From contig NC_057754.1 of assembly GCF_004010195.1 (NCBI RefSeq), positions 6,436,197-6,472,463 of the forward strand: DNA of 36,267 nucleotides, given 5' to 3'. Origin of the DNA: Chiloscyllium plagiosum (taxonomy: Eukaryota). Positions 36,101 to 36,267 of this stretch are shown here, piece by piece. Made by a program: the position numbers and the translations under genes. Under the pieces are notes generated by a model that worked only from the letters and a program-made list of their open reading frames with translations, was not told where the DNA came from and made no database searches. The stretch's first letter is position 1, and every line of letters begins with the position of its first letter.

Positions 36101-36267
36101 TCACCCTGACCCTCCTCACAACCTCTTTCCCCTCATACTTCTCTCAACCACCCTCACTCTCTCGCTCTGACACCCCACTCACTCTCATCTTTACTTTTGA
36201 AACAACCTGAAACACCGGTTTCTTCTCATGCCCTCTTCACACTCACTCATCCCTACATATTCCCCTC

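Noticed and set aside
34917..36210. ORFs of 172 and 242 aa
   Set aside because: Derived from CA-rich low-complexity and duplicated sequence.

Overview
Repeat-dense, non-prokaryotic vertebrate DNA with four assembly gaps. The repeat complement (HE1-type V-SINEs, CR1/HER1 LINEs, Penelope-derived repeats) points to a cartilaginous fish, probably a shark; this is inference. The centrepiece is a near full-length but decayed class I (gamma-like) endogenous retrovirus on the minus strand (about 5814-14689). It has a 500-bp 5' LTR, a tRNA-Pro PBS, gag, a UAG read-through into pro-pol, a gamma-type env, a PPT and a 3' LTR truncated by a gap. Its Gag and Pol motifs resemble the HERV-I/HERV-IP lineage as I recall it. 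The ERV sits in the 3' end of ORF2 of a decayed, 5'-complete L1-clade LINE (14690-20552) that carries an internal 775-bp tandem duplication and abuts a CR1 RT fragment. Other notable signals are four intact-looking and one decayed minimal hammerhead-ribozyme cores in Penelope-derived repeats (one in a 156-bp TSD-flanked unit), a candidate read-through pseudoknot after the gag stop, and two clusters of exon-like segments on the minus strand. No intact host protein-coding gene could be identified. Boundaries of old repeats are approximate.
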